A DNA stretch of 64,000 bases from Anthoceros angustus (lineage: Eukaryota; Plantae; Anthocerotophyta). The stretch covers positions 1 to 64,000 of the forward strand of contig VJWM01000193.1 in NCBI GenBank assembly GCA_010909165.1, given 5' to 3'. A program made the position numbers and the translations under genes. Of the stretch, positions 11,897-22,927 are shown piece by piece. How positions within the stretch are numbered: the first letter of the stretch is position 1; the number at the start of each line of letters is the position of its first letter. The notes under the pieces are model-generated. The model made no database searches and had not been told where the DNA came from. It saw only the letters and a program-made list of their open reading frames with translations.

Positions 11897-14878
11897 TCAA
11901 AGGCACTGAACTCGTAAGCTAAGTTCTCTCAGAGTGGATAAAAGCGTAGAATCACGCAGGTGGCTTTGTTGTCCTGCCACAAACATGTGCATCTGTTGCT
12001 GGTGCTCTATACAAGTGTGTGCAGGCCTTTTCCAGGCACCTGCTTTTGCTCTTTGCTCCTCGATCTCGTTTGCTTCCTCCCACATCTGGGCGTACGCATA
12101 AAGACTTGACATGAGCCCGTAGGCTGCGGCCTGCTTCGAGTCCAGATGCACAGCTGCGTCGAAGGCATGTCGTCCTAATCCAACATCCACGTGTTTCCTG
12201 CAGGCAGCTAGGAGAGACAGCCAAGCAGCTGCATCAGGCTGCACTGGCATAGTCAAGAGCAGCTCTTTGGCCTCGCGGAGGAGGCCGGCTCTCCCGAGGA
12301 GATCCACCACACAGACGTAATGCTCCATCGACGGGGCAATCCCATATACTCTCGCCATTGATTTGAAGTACTCCAAGCCCTCGTCCACCATGCCTGTGTG
12401 ACTGCAGGCCAAGAGGAGAGAGACGAACGTGACTCCGTTCGGCTTCGTGCCTGCTTTCATTTCCTGAAAGCACTGCACGGTTGCTGCCCATTGCCCTTCC
12501 CGTGCATATCCAGATATCAATGCATTCCACGCGACCACATCATGTCGTGGAGCAGAGTCGAACACAGCACGAGCATCCAGCATGTCGCCACACTTGCCGT
12601 ACGCGTGGATGAGAGAGTTTTTCACACGGCATGTGAAGTGCAAGCCAGAATTAAGAATGTCGGAGTGGACCTGCCTGCACATGTTCAAGGCTCCGTTGTT
12701 GCAGCAGGCTTGTAAAATGGACAGATATGTTACCTCGTTTGGAGGTACACCATCCTCCTGCATTTGGGTGTATAGTTGCCAAGCCTTGTCACCCTGGTCT
12801 TGCCGAGCATAGCCTGCAATCATCGTTGTCCATGCCACAACATCCCGGTCCAACAGTCTGTCAAACTGCTGCTGTGCATCCGGGATGCTCCCACAACTCA
12901 TGTACATATGCACGAGACTGCTACCGACATAAGCGTTCAGCTCATGTCCCAAATCTAGAACTTGCAAATGAATTTTCCTACCCTGCTGCAGAGAACTAAT
13001 TTTCACCCAGTGTCCGTTCTTCAGAATTGCCGCCTCTGTCTCAGCTAAAGTGGCACATGCTGCAAGCAAGGTGACAAAGGTACGGTCATCTGGGCTCACC
13101 CCATTCTCTAACATTCGGTTGTACAGATTTAGCACCTCTTCAGCATGTCTGGACTGAACATATCCTGCAAGCATCGCATTCCAGACAACCACATCGCGCT
13201 GCACCATGCTGTCAAATACGTCCCATGCATCTCCTATGCTCCCACATGCTGTGTACATGTGGATGAGAGCACTCCCAACAAATACATCGAACTCGAAGCC
13301 TTGCTTCAGAACTTCAACGTGAATGGCCTTTCCCTGCTTCAAAGAAAGTGCTCTTATTGATCCACTGTAAATCTCTGTACCTGCCTCCAGTACAGCCAGG
13401 CTGGCGCATGCATTTAGCACCATGACAAGGGTTCGATCATCTGGACTCACACCTTCCTCCTGCATTTTGGAATAGAATTGCAGCGCCGCTTCAGCCTGTC
13501 CTTGCTGAGCATATCCTGATATCAGTGCAGTCCACGTCACCACATCCGCATGGTAGAGACGGTCAAACACTTGCCTTGCATGCACCATGCTCCCACAGGA
13601 TGAATACATATGGACAAGAGCACTCCCGACAAACCCATTGGACTCAAGGCCAAGAGTAACAGCATCAGCATGAATTTTCTGACCCTGCTGAAGGGAGAAG
13701 ACTTTGACAGATCGTCCACTGATCATTTGCTCTGTGTCCAAAGAGCTAAGACTAGAACAAGCCATGAGTGTGCTGACTATCGTCCTCTCATCTGGCCTGA
13801 CCCCTTCTTCTTGCATCTGAGCATACAGCTGCAAAGCCTGCAGGGGCTGGGCTTCATGGACATAGCCTGAAATTATTGCAGTCCATGACACCACATCATG
13901 CCTGGCCAAGCAGTAAAAAACATGCCGAGCATCCTCCACATGCCTGCACTTAGCGTACAAATCGATTAGTGCATTTTGCACAAATACATCTGAAGCATAG
14001 CCCGTCTGAGTGACCTCAGCATGAATGGTCTTTGCTCTTTGCAGCGAATCAATCTTGATTTGTTGCCCATTTATAGCGGTGACTCGTTCCAAGCCCGCAA
14101 GGTAAGCACAAGCCTTTAACACACTGACATATGTCCTATCATCTGGTCGCAAACCATCCTCTTGCATATTAAAATAAAGCTGCAAAGCAATCACATTCTG
14201 ACCTGCGTGAGAGTACCCTCTGATCATAGCATTCCACGATGCCACATCATGCTCCCCAAATGAGTCAAACACTTGCCTTGCATCCCCCATGCTCCCACAT
14301 CTTGTATACATGTCAAGAACAGCCGTGCAAACAAAAATGTTAGAGTCACACCCACATCTGACAACCTCAGCGTGTATCCGTTTACCCTCTTTCAGGTTTG
14401 CTAACCTACCACATGCTTTGAGGACACTAATAAAGGTGTACTCATTAGCCTGCACACCTTGCTCTTGCATAGCCCAATACAGCCTAAGAGCTTTCTCAGC
14501 CTGCCCACTAATACTGTATCCTGTAATTACTGCTGTCCAGGAACGAGCAGTCCGATGCAACAACTTGCCGAACAACCGGTATGCATCTGAAAGGCTCCCA
14601 GATTTTACAAGTACGTCCACCAACAATTCCCCCAAAACCATGTTAGACTCCAACCCATGTCTGGCGATATGCGAGTGCACTAGCTTGGCCTCTGTCCAAG
14701 CCTCCTTCCTCATGCATGCGTGTAAAAGATTCCGAAAAGCCTTGACTGAAGGCACAATCCCCTGCTGACCGATGAAAACCAGGACATCTAGTGCCTTCTT
14801 TAGCCGTCCTTCCTTACACAACCTTTTGAAATCATGGCTGTTGCCAGAGTCACCATATACCCTGCGGATGTATGCCAT
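11897..14878 (-). CDS. PLS-class pentatricopeptide repeat protein with E1/E2/E+ tail, no DYW deaminase (organellar RNA-editing-factor type), intronless, 993 aa from the first ATG
   Basis: Repeated P-L-S triplets, then HYVCVVDLLGRAG, AWLSLLAACRKH, AAYGLMSSLYA and the PG-box variant WKRPAHTCIE..HMFVAG. Ends without HxE/CxxC. The ORF track start at 15025 is TTG; the first ATG is 14878. Confidence 0.95.
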   Translation of the reverse strand: MAYIRRVYGDSGNSHDFKRLCKEGRLKKALDVLVFIGQQGIVPSVKAFRNLLHACMRKEAWTEAKLVHSHIARHGLESNMVLGELLVDVLVKSGSLSDAYRLFGKLLHRTARSWTAVITGYSISGQAEKALRLYWAMQEQGVQANEYTFISVLKACGRLANLKEGKRIHAEVVRCGCDSNIFVCTAVLDMYTRCGSMGDARQVFDSFGEHDVASWNAMIRGYSHAGQNVIALQLYFNMQEDGLRPDDRTYVSVLKACAYLAGLERVTAINGQQIKIDSLQRAKTIHAEVTQTGYASDVFVQNALIDLYAKCRHVEDARHVFYCLARHDVVSWTAIISGYVHEAQPLQALQLYAQMQEEGVRPDERTIVSTLMACSSLSSLDTEQMISGRSVKVFSLQQGQKIHADAVTLGLESNGFVGSALVHMYSSCGSMVHARQVFDRLYHADVVTWTALISGYAQQGQAEAALQFYSKMQEEGVSPDDRTLVMVLNACASLAVLEAGTEIYSGSIRALSLKQGKAIHVEVLKQGFEFDVFVGSALIHMYTACGSIGDAWDVFDSMVQRDVVVWNAMLAGYVQSRHAEEVLNLYNRMLENGVSPDDRTFVTLLAACATLAETEAAILKNGHWVKISSLQQGRKIHLQVLDLGHELNAYVGSSLVHMYMSCGSIPDAQQQFDRLLDRDVVAWTTMIAGYARQDQGDKAWQLYTQMQEDGVPPNEVTYLSILQACCNNGALNMCRQVHSDILNSGLHFTCRVKNSLIHAYGKCGDMLDARAVFDSAPRHDVVAWNALISGYAREGQWAATVQCFQEMKAGTKPNGVTFVSLLLACSHTGMVDEGLEYFKSMARVYGIAPSMEHYVCVVDLLGRAGLLREAKELLLTMPVQPDAAAWLSLLAACRKHVDVGLGRHAFDAAVHLDSKQAAAYGLMSSLYAYAQMWEEANEIEEQRAKAGAWKRPAHTCIEHQQQMHMFVAGQQSHLRDSTLLSTLRELSLRVQCL

Positions 14879-15655
14879 AGAACGAGGACCAAAGCTCTCA
14901 GTTACCCTTAGTCGAATGCTTGCATACCAAAGTCCCAGCAGTGTACAGAGCCCTCCGTTCCCTCTCCAAATGATCAAAGTGGGACAATTACCCAAGAGTC
15001 TCCCGGCTCCAAGCTTCCGTATCAAATCCTTGTGGCTTACTCAGCAGTGGGCACGAGTCTGGCAAAGTGGGCAGTAGTGGTTCCATCCAAGCTGTGCGGC
15101 AGCCATGAGGTACTCTCTTGCGTCTGAAATGAGGATACTGTAAACCCTCCTGCAAAGAAAGCAGCCGATCATATGATGGGTTTCAATCGCAAGGCCTCAT
15201 CTTGACCCTTCCAGCTCGCTCAGAGCTCCTTCTCAGGAGCAAGAAAGGAACGAAAACCTCACCTTGTTCAACCTGATGTCCCGACTTGCTCGATGGGAAC
15301 ACGGCGATTCTTGCCACGGTCCCATCGCCCAGTATTCTGCCGTAAAATTCGAGAGGCAGTAGCTGTCGAGGCCCCAGCACTCAATCATGTCTGTAGAGGT
15401 CTCAGGACACCAGTTTGGTGATCACCGCAACAACTCTGTGGACGCCACCATTTTCCTCATAATTACAGCTCTTCCACGAGTCCAACGAAAACTTGTATGT
15501 TCAAGGCAAGCGAGTCAGAGCTCGGACAGAACTCTCAAACTCGGGCCTATGTCGGAAGTTTCTTTACATGCATGTTACCACTATATGTAGACAACCATCC
15601 GAAAAGACCAACGATTTCAGCGCGTTTCTAAAATTCTTCTCCGAAGGCTGTTGCG

Positions 15656-17312
15656 ATGTCGCTCCGGCCGGAGCGTCAGAATCCGCCTGAAGTCTTCTAC
15701 AACGAGACGGAGGCCCGGAAGTACACAACGTCATCTAGGATCATAGAAATTCAGGTATTTGTGCGTGTGTGCCGGGTGCGTGCTTGTTGGACTGTGTCGA
15801 TTTTCGCCGTTGTGGTGATCTTGACTGACATCCCTGTTCTGGAGGGTATTGCAGGCTAAGCTCAGCGAGAGGGCCTTGGAGCTTCTCGCCTTGCCGGATG
15901 ACGGTGTGCCTAGAGTACTTCTGGACATTGGTGAGATTTCAGTGCCTGATTGAGAGTAGGGTTTTGGGTTTTGCCACCTGCCCTTTGTGTAGCTCACGGT
16001 TTTGGTCTGTGTAGGATGTGGGTCAGGTCTCAGTGGAGAAACGTTGACAGAAAATGGGCATCACTGGATTGGACTGGATATCTCCGAAGCCATGCTGGGT
16101 AGGTAGTCGACTGACATCTTCTGGACAAGGTTTATGAAGGGCTGAACGGGTAATAGATTGAATTTTTTCTGTTTGTTTGTTCTGCAGACATTGCGGTGGA
16201 ACGAGAGGCGGGGGGTGATCTTGTTCTCTCCGACATTGGCCAGGTCTGCTTTTTTCTTTTCTTTCTTGGTGTTGAGCATCAAGGGTTAGGGTGCAAGGTC
16301 ATTGAATTGATGTCTGTCATGCTGGACAGGGACTGGGTTTGCGGGACGGCACTATAGATGGTGCCATAAGCATCTCAGCTGTCCAGGTAGCTACCAGTTT
16401 CCCTATACTTTGCAGTAGGGCCTGTTGAATTGCATTTGCTGTGGAGGCGTACAGGTTGGGCTTCCTCTTGGGATGATGTGGAAACCTAAATCCATGTTTG
16501 TGGCTTCATGTCTGGGTGATCAGTGGCTCTGCAATGCTGACAAGTCCTGCAACAATCCTCGGCTTCGACTCAAGTAGCTCCCTCCTTGCATCTCAGCTGG
16601 TTGCTGTCGCGTTGGTTGACACACGTTCATCAGTCCGTAACGCAGTTTGTACTGTATTCCAGGGCCTTCTTCACTTCCCTGTATAGATGCTTGGTCAGGG
16701 GTTCAAGGGCAGTTCTGCAACTCTATCCAGAGAGTCCAGCACAGCTGGAGATGATTACGTCAGCAGCGATGCGAGTAGGCTTTTCCGGCGGTCTCGTCGT
16801 GGATTACCCTCACAGGTGCTGCAGCCTTCCTTCCTACATTACACCCATCAGCAAGAGCATGGCACTGACCAGGTTCACCTGTCCTGACCTAGCCTATTGT
16901 CTCCCAACATTACAGCACTCGCGCAAAGAAGTACTACCTCTGCTTACTCTGTGGCCCACCAAGTATGAGCAGTGTGCCCCCCAAAGCCAAGGGGGAGGAT
17001 GGTGGTAGTGACAGCGATGAAAGTGGCAGTGGCAGTGACAGTGATGAGAACGAAACAGTAAGCAAACAAGCCAGTCCCTGTCACCCTCTGTCGATATGTG
17101 CTGCAACTGCGGTAACACCACACTGTTTTTTGTTTTGATGACAGGTAAGGGTCGCCAAGAGGCAGAGACCAAATAAGCGAGTGAATGCCAAACAAAAAGT
17201 GACAGGCCGCGTTTGGATCCTGAAAAAGAAAGAGCGGAGAAGGAAAAAGGGAGTTGAGAACGTTCCTGTTGACACTAAGTACACAGGGCGGAAGAGAAAG
17301 GCTCGATTCTAA
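15656..17312 (+). CDS. BUD23: 18S rRNA (guanine-N7)-methyltransferase BUD23/WBSCR22 (RID2-like), 9 exons
   Basis: Motifs [58 protein letters not shown] and [15 protein letters not shown] exons at about 15656-15754, 15855-15930, 16015-16098, 16188-16243, 16330-16386, 16524-16573, 16663-16815, 16916-17057, 17145-17312. Confidence 0.95.
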
Positions 17313-17463
17313 GATGGTGTTTGTGTGGCGTTTGCCTTTCACCTTAGTAGAGATGAACTGCTCTCTATACTTCAGCCCCAAAGGACGAAGCCTGTTTTCT
17401 CGGCTTTGGGCTGAACTTCAGCTGTTTAAATATGCATATCTAAATGCAACAAAATAGGGTGAC

Positions 17464-18052
17464 AGTAACAAAGCTGGCTTGAGTGCTTTGCAAGAAAGCT
17501 CCATGCAGAGGCATGTTTAGAAGAGCAGCTTACTAAGAGCATGTTAAGCATGCAGCCCTAGGAAGTGTGGTAGTAAATAATAGCTTAAAGCTTAAGTAAG
17601 TAGTTACTAAGATTGTAGCTAGGGCTTGAGTATAAAAGGAGACCTCGCCCTGGGCTAAAGACAGGACAGTTCAGCCTTGAGAGCATTGGATGCTTGGGCT
17701 GTGCCTTGAGAGCACTTGATGCTTGGGCTATGCCTTGAGAGCACTTGTTGCTTGGGCTGTAAGCACGGAAGGGGAGTGCTGTGAAGGAGCTTTGTGGAGG
17801 AGGTCAAGTAAAGAGAGCTAAGCTCCTAGCTTAGGCAAAGATGGGGAGTTCTCTCTAGCCCTCCAGCTCTGTATGTTCTTGTTGACTCGTGATTTAAGAA
17901 TAAAGAGCAGCGGCAAGGGTGCTGGCTGCGAGTCCTCCTAGAAGAGGAGGGCGGGCTACTTGGAGGCCTAGTGCTGTGTCTGGTGTTGATTTATTACTTT
18001 GGTTTTACTTCTAACTGCGTGGTATTCCCCACCCCGTTGAGGGGGTGTTACT
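17464..18052 (+). mobile_element. Solo LTR (589 bp) with AGTAACA...TGTTACT termini and 5-bp target-site duplication GTGAC
   Basis: GTGAC at 17459-17463 and 18053-18057; 7-bp terminal inverted repeats; TATAAAA at 17631; AATAAA at 17898; three ~29-bp tandem repeats at ~17674-17760. Confidence 0.8.
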
Positions 18053-18775
18053 GTGACCCTGTTTTCACTCTCACAATTACCATCATCCAGAGTTGCATCT
18101 GCTCATCCGTTTCCAAAAAAGACAGGGTCTTGGACGCCCCTTCCACAAATTTCCAGTCCGCTGTGGTACTCAATGCTCACGGTGAGGACGGGAGACCTTG
18201 GAAGATATTTGTCACGGCAGTTATCTCCGGGAGGCGTCGGTTATCTCCCGGACTCTTTATCAAAATGTGGCATGTATTTGAGGATCACATTGATTGTGGC
18301 TTCGTGGCTGAGGTTATCGCTGGAGCTGCTGAGGTGTTGACAGCACAAGTGCCTTCGTGGAAAAGGCCGCGGATTCCCTCCTCGAATCCCTCTCCATCAG
18401 CCTGTCAGAGAAGCGTTCCTTCTGTCATCCTCTCTCCCATTACATGCGTTGCGCTTTTCCGCGTCTCCAATCGCTCGCGCTCCCGCCGCTCTGCTGGAAG
18501 GCCACATTGAGTGCCGTCTGTTTCCTATTCGACAAGACGCTCTCTCCTCCGGCGACAGCAGTCAGCGGTGCAGTCGGATTTTGCTTCGCACGGCGTGTTG
18601 CTTCTGTCTTGCAAGCGGCCTCGGTACTATGGACAAGGAGCGCCTACCGAGGGAGATGGTTGCTTGATTGCTGCACGTTGAAGATTTGTTGGCGCCTGAG
18701 CCTGGTTATTGCTTGGGAGATCGAAGCGTCGGGGAGGAAGAGGGGAAGGAGGTGCAGGAGGCAGGAGTGTGCCCC

Positions 18776-19126
18776 ATGGACGAGAAATTTAAAGTTCCGG
18801 AGACGTTCCATCGCAGATTCAAAGAGGTTGAGTGCATGCTTGATCACAATAGGCTGCTTATTAGCGAGATCAATCACAACCATGAGACCAGGATACCCGA
18901 GCGGCTCACGCGGAATGTGACGCTGATCAGGGAGCTGAATCAGAACATACTGAAAGTAGTTGGTATGTACTCCGGCCTGTCCGCTGTTTTTGAGAAGTCG
19001 TTCGAAAATGTCGGGGACGGGGCTGCTGAAGAAGACTGGAGATGTAGCGGCAAGGGCTGCGTTCCGCAATTTGATTCCAGGGACAGCTCCGAGTCTGACA
19101 GTGCCAAGCGGCTCCGCATCAACTGA
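18776..19126 (+). CDS. ELF4-like (DUF1313) circadian protein
   Basis: FKEVECMLDHNRLLISEINHNHETRIPERLTRNVTLIRELNQNILKVVGMYSGLS matches the ELF4 consensus (LD.NR.LI.EIN.NH......L.RNV.LIRELN.NI..VV.LY..LS). First in-frame ATG after the stop at 18665 is 18776. Confidence 0.9.
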   Translation: MDEKFKVPETFHRRFKEVECMLDHNRLLISEINHNHETRIPERLTRNVTLIRELNQNILKVVGMYSGLSAVFEKSFENVGDGAAEEDWRCSGKGCVPQFDSRDSSESDSAKRLRIN

Positions 19127-20099
19127 CTCTCTTTTGCCGCCTCTTGTGGCTATAGCAGTGGTGGAAATGTGGGATGGGCCTTCTGGTGGGAATCTCAGCG
19201 GAGGCGCTTTCAATTGCTGCTAACGTTTTTCCTGCTCCCAGCAATGCAGACTGTCTTTCTACAATCTCCATCCTTGGATGATTCTTTTTTGAGATGGCCT
19301 GCATTGAAGCAGTGTTCAGCAACGCAGCCTCGTCCCGCAGGAATGTCTGCAGGGATTGCTCAAGCTTGGAGGCTTGTTTTTCGGTGACTTTTTTGTGCCC
19401 AAGGGAGGATGAAAAGCTTAGATGTGCCGGCAAGGCCAGTGGTTTGTACAAATATATTCACGCCGGCCCTTGTCCTCTTCATTCAACACGATCCAAGATG
19501 CATTTTGTTCTGCCTCTCTCTTTCAACTCACCGACAGTTGTTACGCTTCCCCTGCCGGTGCATTCCATGTGAATGAGCCTGCCCGGGGTTCTCTTGGCAT
19601 AGCACGTTGTGGACATTGTGTAAGTCGGAAATCCTGCGTGTCTTGTTTGGCTTCACATGCGCAGTGTACTTCTCAACTTCCTCTTCTCGCGACCACTATC
19701 TCCCGCTGTCCTTGCTAACTGCAATTGAAAGGATGTGCAGGATTGTCATTGTTTCCTAACCAGCTCAGGACAGCAATCCGTTTCTGCTTCGTCTAACACG
19801 ACTAGACATACGCAGTATGTTCCGACCAATCCTCCCATGGGGCACTCTCCGGAAGTGAAACGTCGGGCAGTCCCATCTTTTAATTTTATTTCAATTCTGG
19901 CATAAGTACTGTGCAGGTCAACTACTTCTCGAATTAAAAGAGTGGATTCGGACTGAAATGGATTTGATCCGATGCATCGAATACGAGGCCCCACCTCACC
20001 GCTTTCTGTCGCGGATCTGGCTGGGCCCAGCTCCTTCTTCGACACCGGTCCTCATCCGATCCCAACTCAACCACCGTCCTGGAGGATGGAGATAATCTT

Positions 20100-20500
20100 C
20101 TCGTTCCCGGATTGGTCAAAACTGATGTGCTTGTAGCTATTAGCCTGATAAACTTGTAAGCCAAGTTTGGAAGCACGGTTGATGTACAGCAGGTATTTGA
20201 GGCATTGCATGAATGAGACGTTACTGCCTGGAACGCACTAACTGCAGGCTAAGCCCGTGAGGGAGACAGTGAAGGGGTCTTTCACTTGTTTCACACAATG
20301 GGAGGCACTCTCTGTTGGGTGCTTGTTCAAAGTGGACCAACGTGGATGTTGGACGCCATCCATTTGATGAAGCGAGGAAGCTAGACGGGAAAGATGCCGC
20401 TGCATATGTGCTGCTATCGAACATATACGCAGGTGCCCTGATGTGGGAGCTCGCACGAAAGATGCAGACTATGCAGGGCCCATGGGGGCCGTTTCATGGC
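20100..20500 (+). pseudogene. PPR pseudogene fragment (S/P motifs joined to an E domain)
   Basis: DVLVAISLINL*AKFGSTVDVQQVFEALHE*DVTAWNALTAG*AREG, then LLGACSKWTNVDVGRHPFDEARKLDGKDAAAYVLLSNIYA. Confidence 0.85.
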
Positions 20501-20539
20501 ATGTTGCGTCGTCAAGGGCTACCTTTGATGATTCAGTAC

Positions 20540-20790
20540 TAGAGCTAGACAGTGAAGAATACGATTGAAGACATCGGCTTCCAAAACCCTATCCCGCTCC
20601 CTAGAGTGAACAGGAAGATCTTGGCGAAGGTCATTGAGTATTGCAAGTATCATGACGAGGCAATGAGGTCGTCTAAGGTCAAGCCGGCGACTGCCGACGA
20701 TGAGACCAAGATCTCGGACCACGACTACTCGTCTGCATCGGCACCAGGGCTCATCAAGGAGCTGTGTCCGCTGATCTTGTTCGCTGTGTA
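20540..20790 (+). pseudogene. SKP1/ASK-like fragment (POZ region), truncated at a minisatellite
   Basis: VKNTIEDIGFQNPIPLPRVNRKILAKVIEYCKYH...LILFA matches SKP1 IPLPNV.SKILAKVIEYCK.H. No ATG and no C-terminal domain. Confidence 0.8.
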
Positions 20791-20795
20791 TGTTT

Positions 20796-21170
20796 TTCCT
20801 CCACACTTCCTCTACTCTCGAGTCTCCCATGGCAGGGCACAAGCCCCAGGGACTCACTCTCCTCCACTTTCGAGTCTCCCATGGCAGGGCACAAGCCCCA
20901 GGGATTCTCTCTCGCTCCTCCACTCTCGAGTCTCCCATGGCCGGGCACAAGCCCCAGGGACTCACTGTCCTCCACACTTCCTCCACTCTTCCTCCACTAT
21001 CGTGTCTCCCATGGCCGGGCACAAGCCCTAGGGACTCACTGTCCTCCACACTTCCTCCACTATCGAGTCTCCCATGGCCGGGCGCAAGACCCAGGGACTC
21101 ACTGTCCTCCACACTTCCTCCGCTCTCGAGTCTCCCGTGACAGGGCACAAGCCTCAGGGCTTCACTCCCT
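20796..21170 (+). repeat. Minisatellite, 6 copies of a ~52-75 bp unit
   Basis: Core gagtctcccatggc(a/c)gggcacaagccccagggactcact at ~20820, 20872, 20928, 21002, 21065 and 21128, with related cctccacacttcctcca linkers. Confidence 0.9.
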
Positions 21171-21879
21171 TCCATTCTTTCTCCACCCTGGCTTTCACTT
21201 ACACGCAACACAAGGCTCTCTATTAGTGATCTCTGACTAAAGATGCTCTAGATGAAAGTGTACTGTAAAGCAGGTAAAACATTCTAGATCTAATCGAGGC
21301 TCCACAAGCTTCTCAAACGGCTGGTTTCAGGTTTGCTATCCGCCAGTTTGCTCTTCCTCTACTAGCAGGCTCCAGCTTACTGAGCCAGTATTCCACAGGA
21401 ATGGATGCCAGTGTGCTCTTCCTCTACTAGCAGGCTCCAGCTTACTGCGCCAGTATCGCCTAAAAAGCTTCCGATCTGTCAAGCTCAGACCGAGGGGGTA
21501 GAGAAGCAAGCACCACCTTTTACTGGAGGCGACAATTTCTTCTCGATCTCTTGGAAAGCGGCTGCTGCGTCTTCTGCAGCAGCGCGTGCCGGAGATGATT
21601 CTCATCTACGCGGGTCTGCAAACCAGTCAGATATGCATCGACCTCCGGTGTCGCCCTCGTTGAATGGAGGCTTACATCACCGCCGGCTGCCACTTTTTTC
21701 GAGATGGAGGCTTTCAAATGCTCCTTCGACGAGGCGGTCATTTACCGAGCTATAAGACACATAATTGGTGGATTCGCCAAGATCTCGATCGGGATCTCTC
21801 ACCAGATTATACAGTTCCTCTTCGAAAACGAATTGCAGGTCCTGGCTCGCTCTCATGCTTCCCGAAGTCCCAGGGGTTC

Positions 21880-22130
21880 ATTCCGAGTTCGATCAAAGAA
21901 TTGAATTTCTTAATGTCCGACCGTACCTGTCACCACTTGTTTCTGCACTGCCTGTCGCTTCTGGTAGGGAAGCCAGTTGGCGCGTCCGTCAAACCTGGAG
22001 GACCTTCATCCAATGCGCGTTGAGACACAGTTAGGCTGCTTGCCCATCACCTCCATCCTAGCGTTAACAAGCAACTTGAGTTCTTCCAACTTCCAAATGC
22101 CGCACATCTGCGCATATTCCAAGCAAATGG
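21880..22130 (-). pseudogene. Myb/SANT-like (trihelix-type) DNA-binding domain remnant, possibly from a PIF/Harbinger-type element
   Basis: Minus strand reads WKLEELKLLVNARMEVM and, after a frameshift, QCRNKW*QVRSDIKKFN, the trihelix W...E...L and QC..KW signature. Confidence 0.5.
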
Positions 22131-22927
22131 CAAGTGTGGTAAACCTGAAGCTCATTTTCACACGTAGGACGGACATTGGAAAAACCTAATAAGTTCTTGC
22201 ACGAAGTCGTAATACAATCCTTTTTCTAGCCACTATTGTAGTGATAGTATCTACATGAATAAGTAGTAACAGAAACATCACCAAAATCCAGAAGAGAAAA
22301 CCACACTTCCCAGCCCGAGCCTGAAAACCCCAGCACTCCAAGCGAAGCATCTGTGCAGCCCCACCACGCGCCCTGGCCGCCACGAGCTTAGCCACTGCGA
22401 GCTCCGGCCCGCTCGCCCTGACCACCGCGCGGACCTACCGCCGCATCGCGCGGGCGTCCGCGCGCCCCGGCTGCTGCTCAGACGCCCGTGGCCGCTGCAC
22501 GAAACTCGCGCTGCGCAACCCACGCTCCGGACGGCCGCTCCTGCCGCTCCTGCTGCCGCGCGCTCCTGCGCGATGCCTGTGAATACCAGGGCACAATCTT
22601 TAGTTTCCACAATCCCAAGTCTGAAGATTATTCCGATTAAATTGATGCATTCATAGGTTATGTCATGTCGTGAATAATTTTTTTGATAAATATAGGTACA
22701 TAGTTATAACCGAGTGATTTTGGACAACCAAGGCAAGATGCGGTGCCCGTCACCGTAGGATCTCAGGCAACCGGCTGAGCAATGTGGACACCAGTCAATT
22801 GACAAGACGACCTTCAGATTAACCAATTCAAGCAGAATTGCACATGTTTACACAGCTAAATGAGCAGGAAACGACGATACACAAGGCATGAAACATGTCA
22901 ACTGCCTTCACGCTGGTTTTCACAGTT

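Noticed and set aside
14879-15025. N-terminal extension of the PPR ORF from 15025
   Set aside because: Starts at TTG; the first ATG is 14878. An upstream exon cannot be excluded.
20796-21170. Regularly spaced repeats resembling a CRISPR array
   Set aside because: The spacers are variants of one another, there are no cas genes and the context is eukaryotic; it is a minisatellite.
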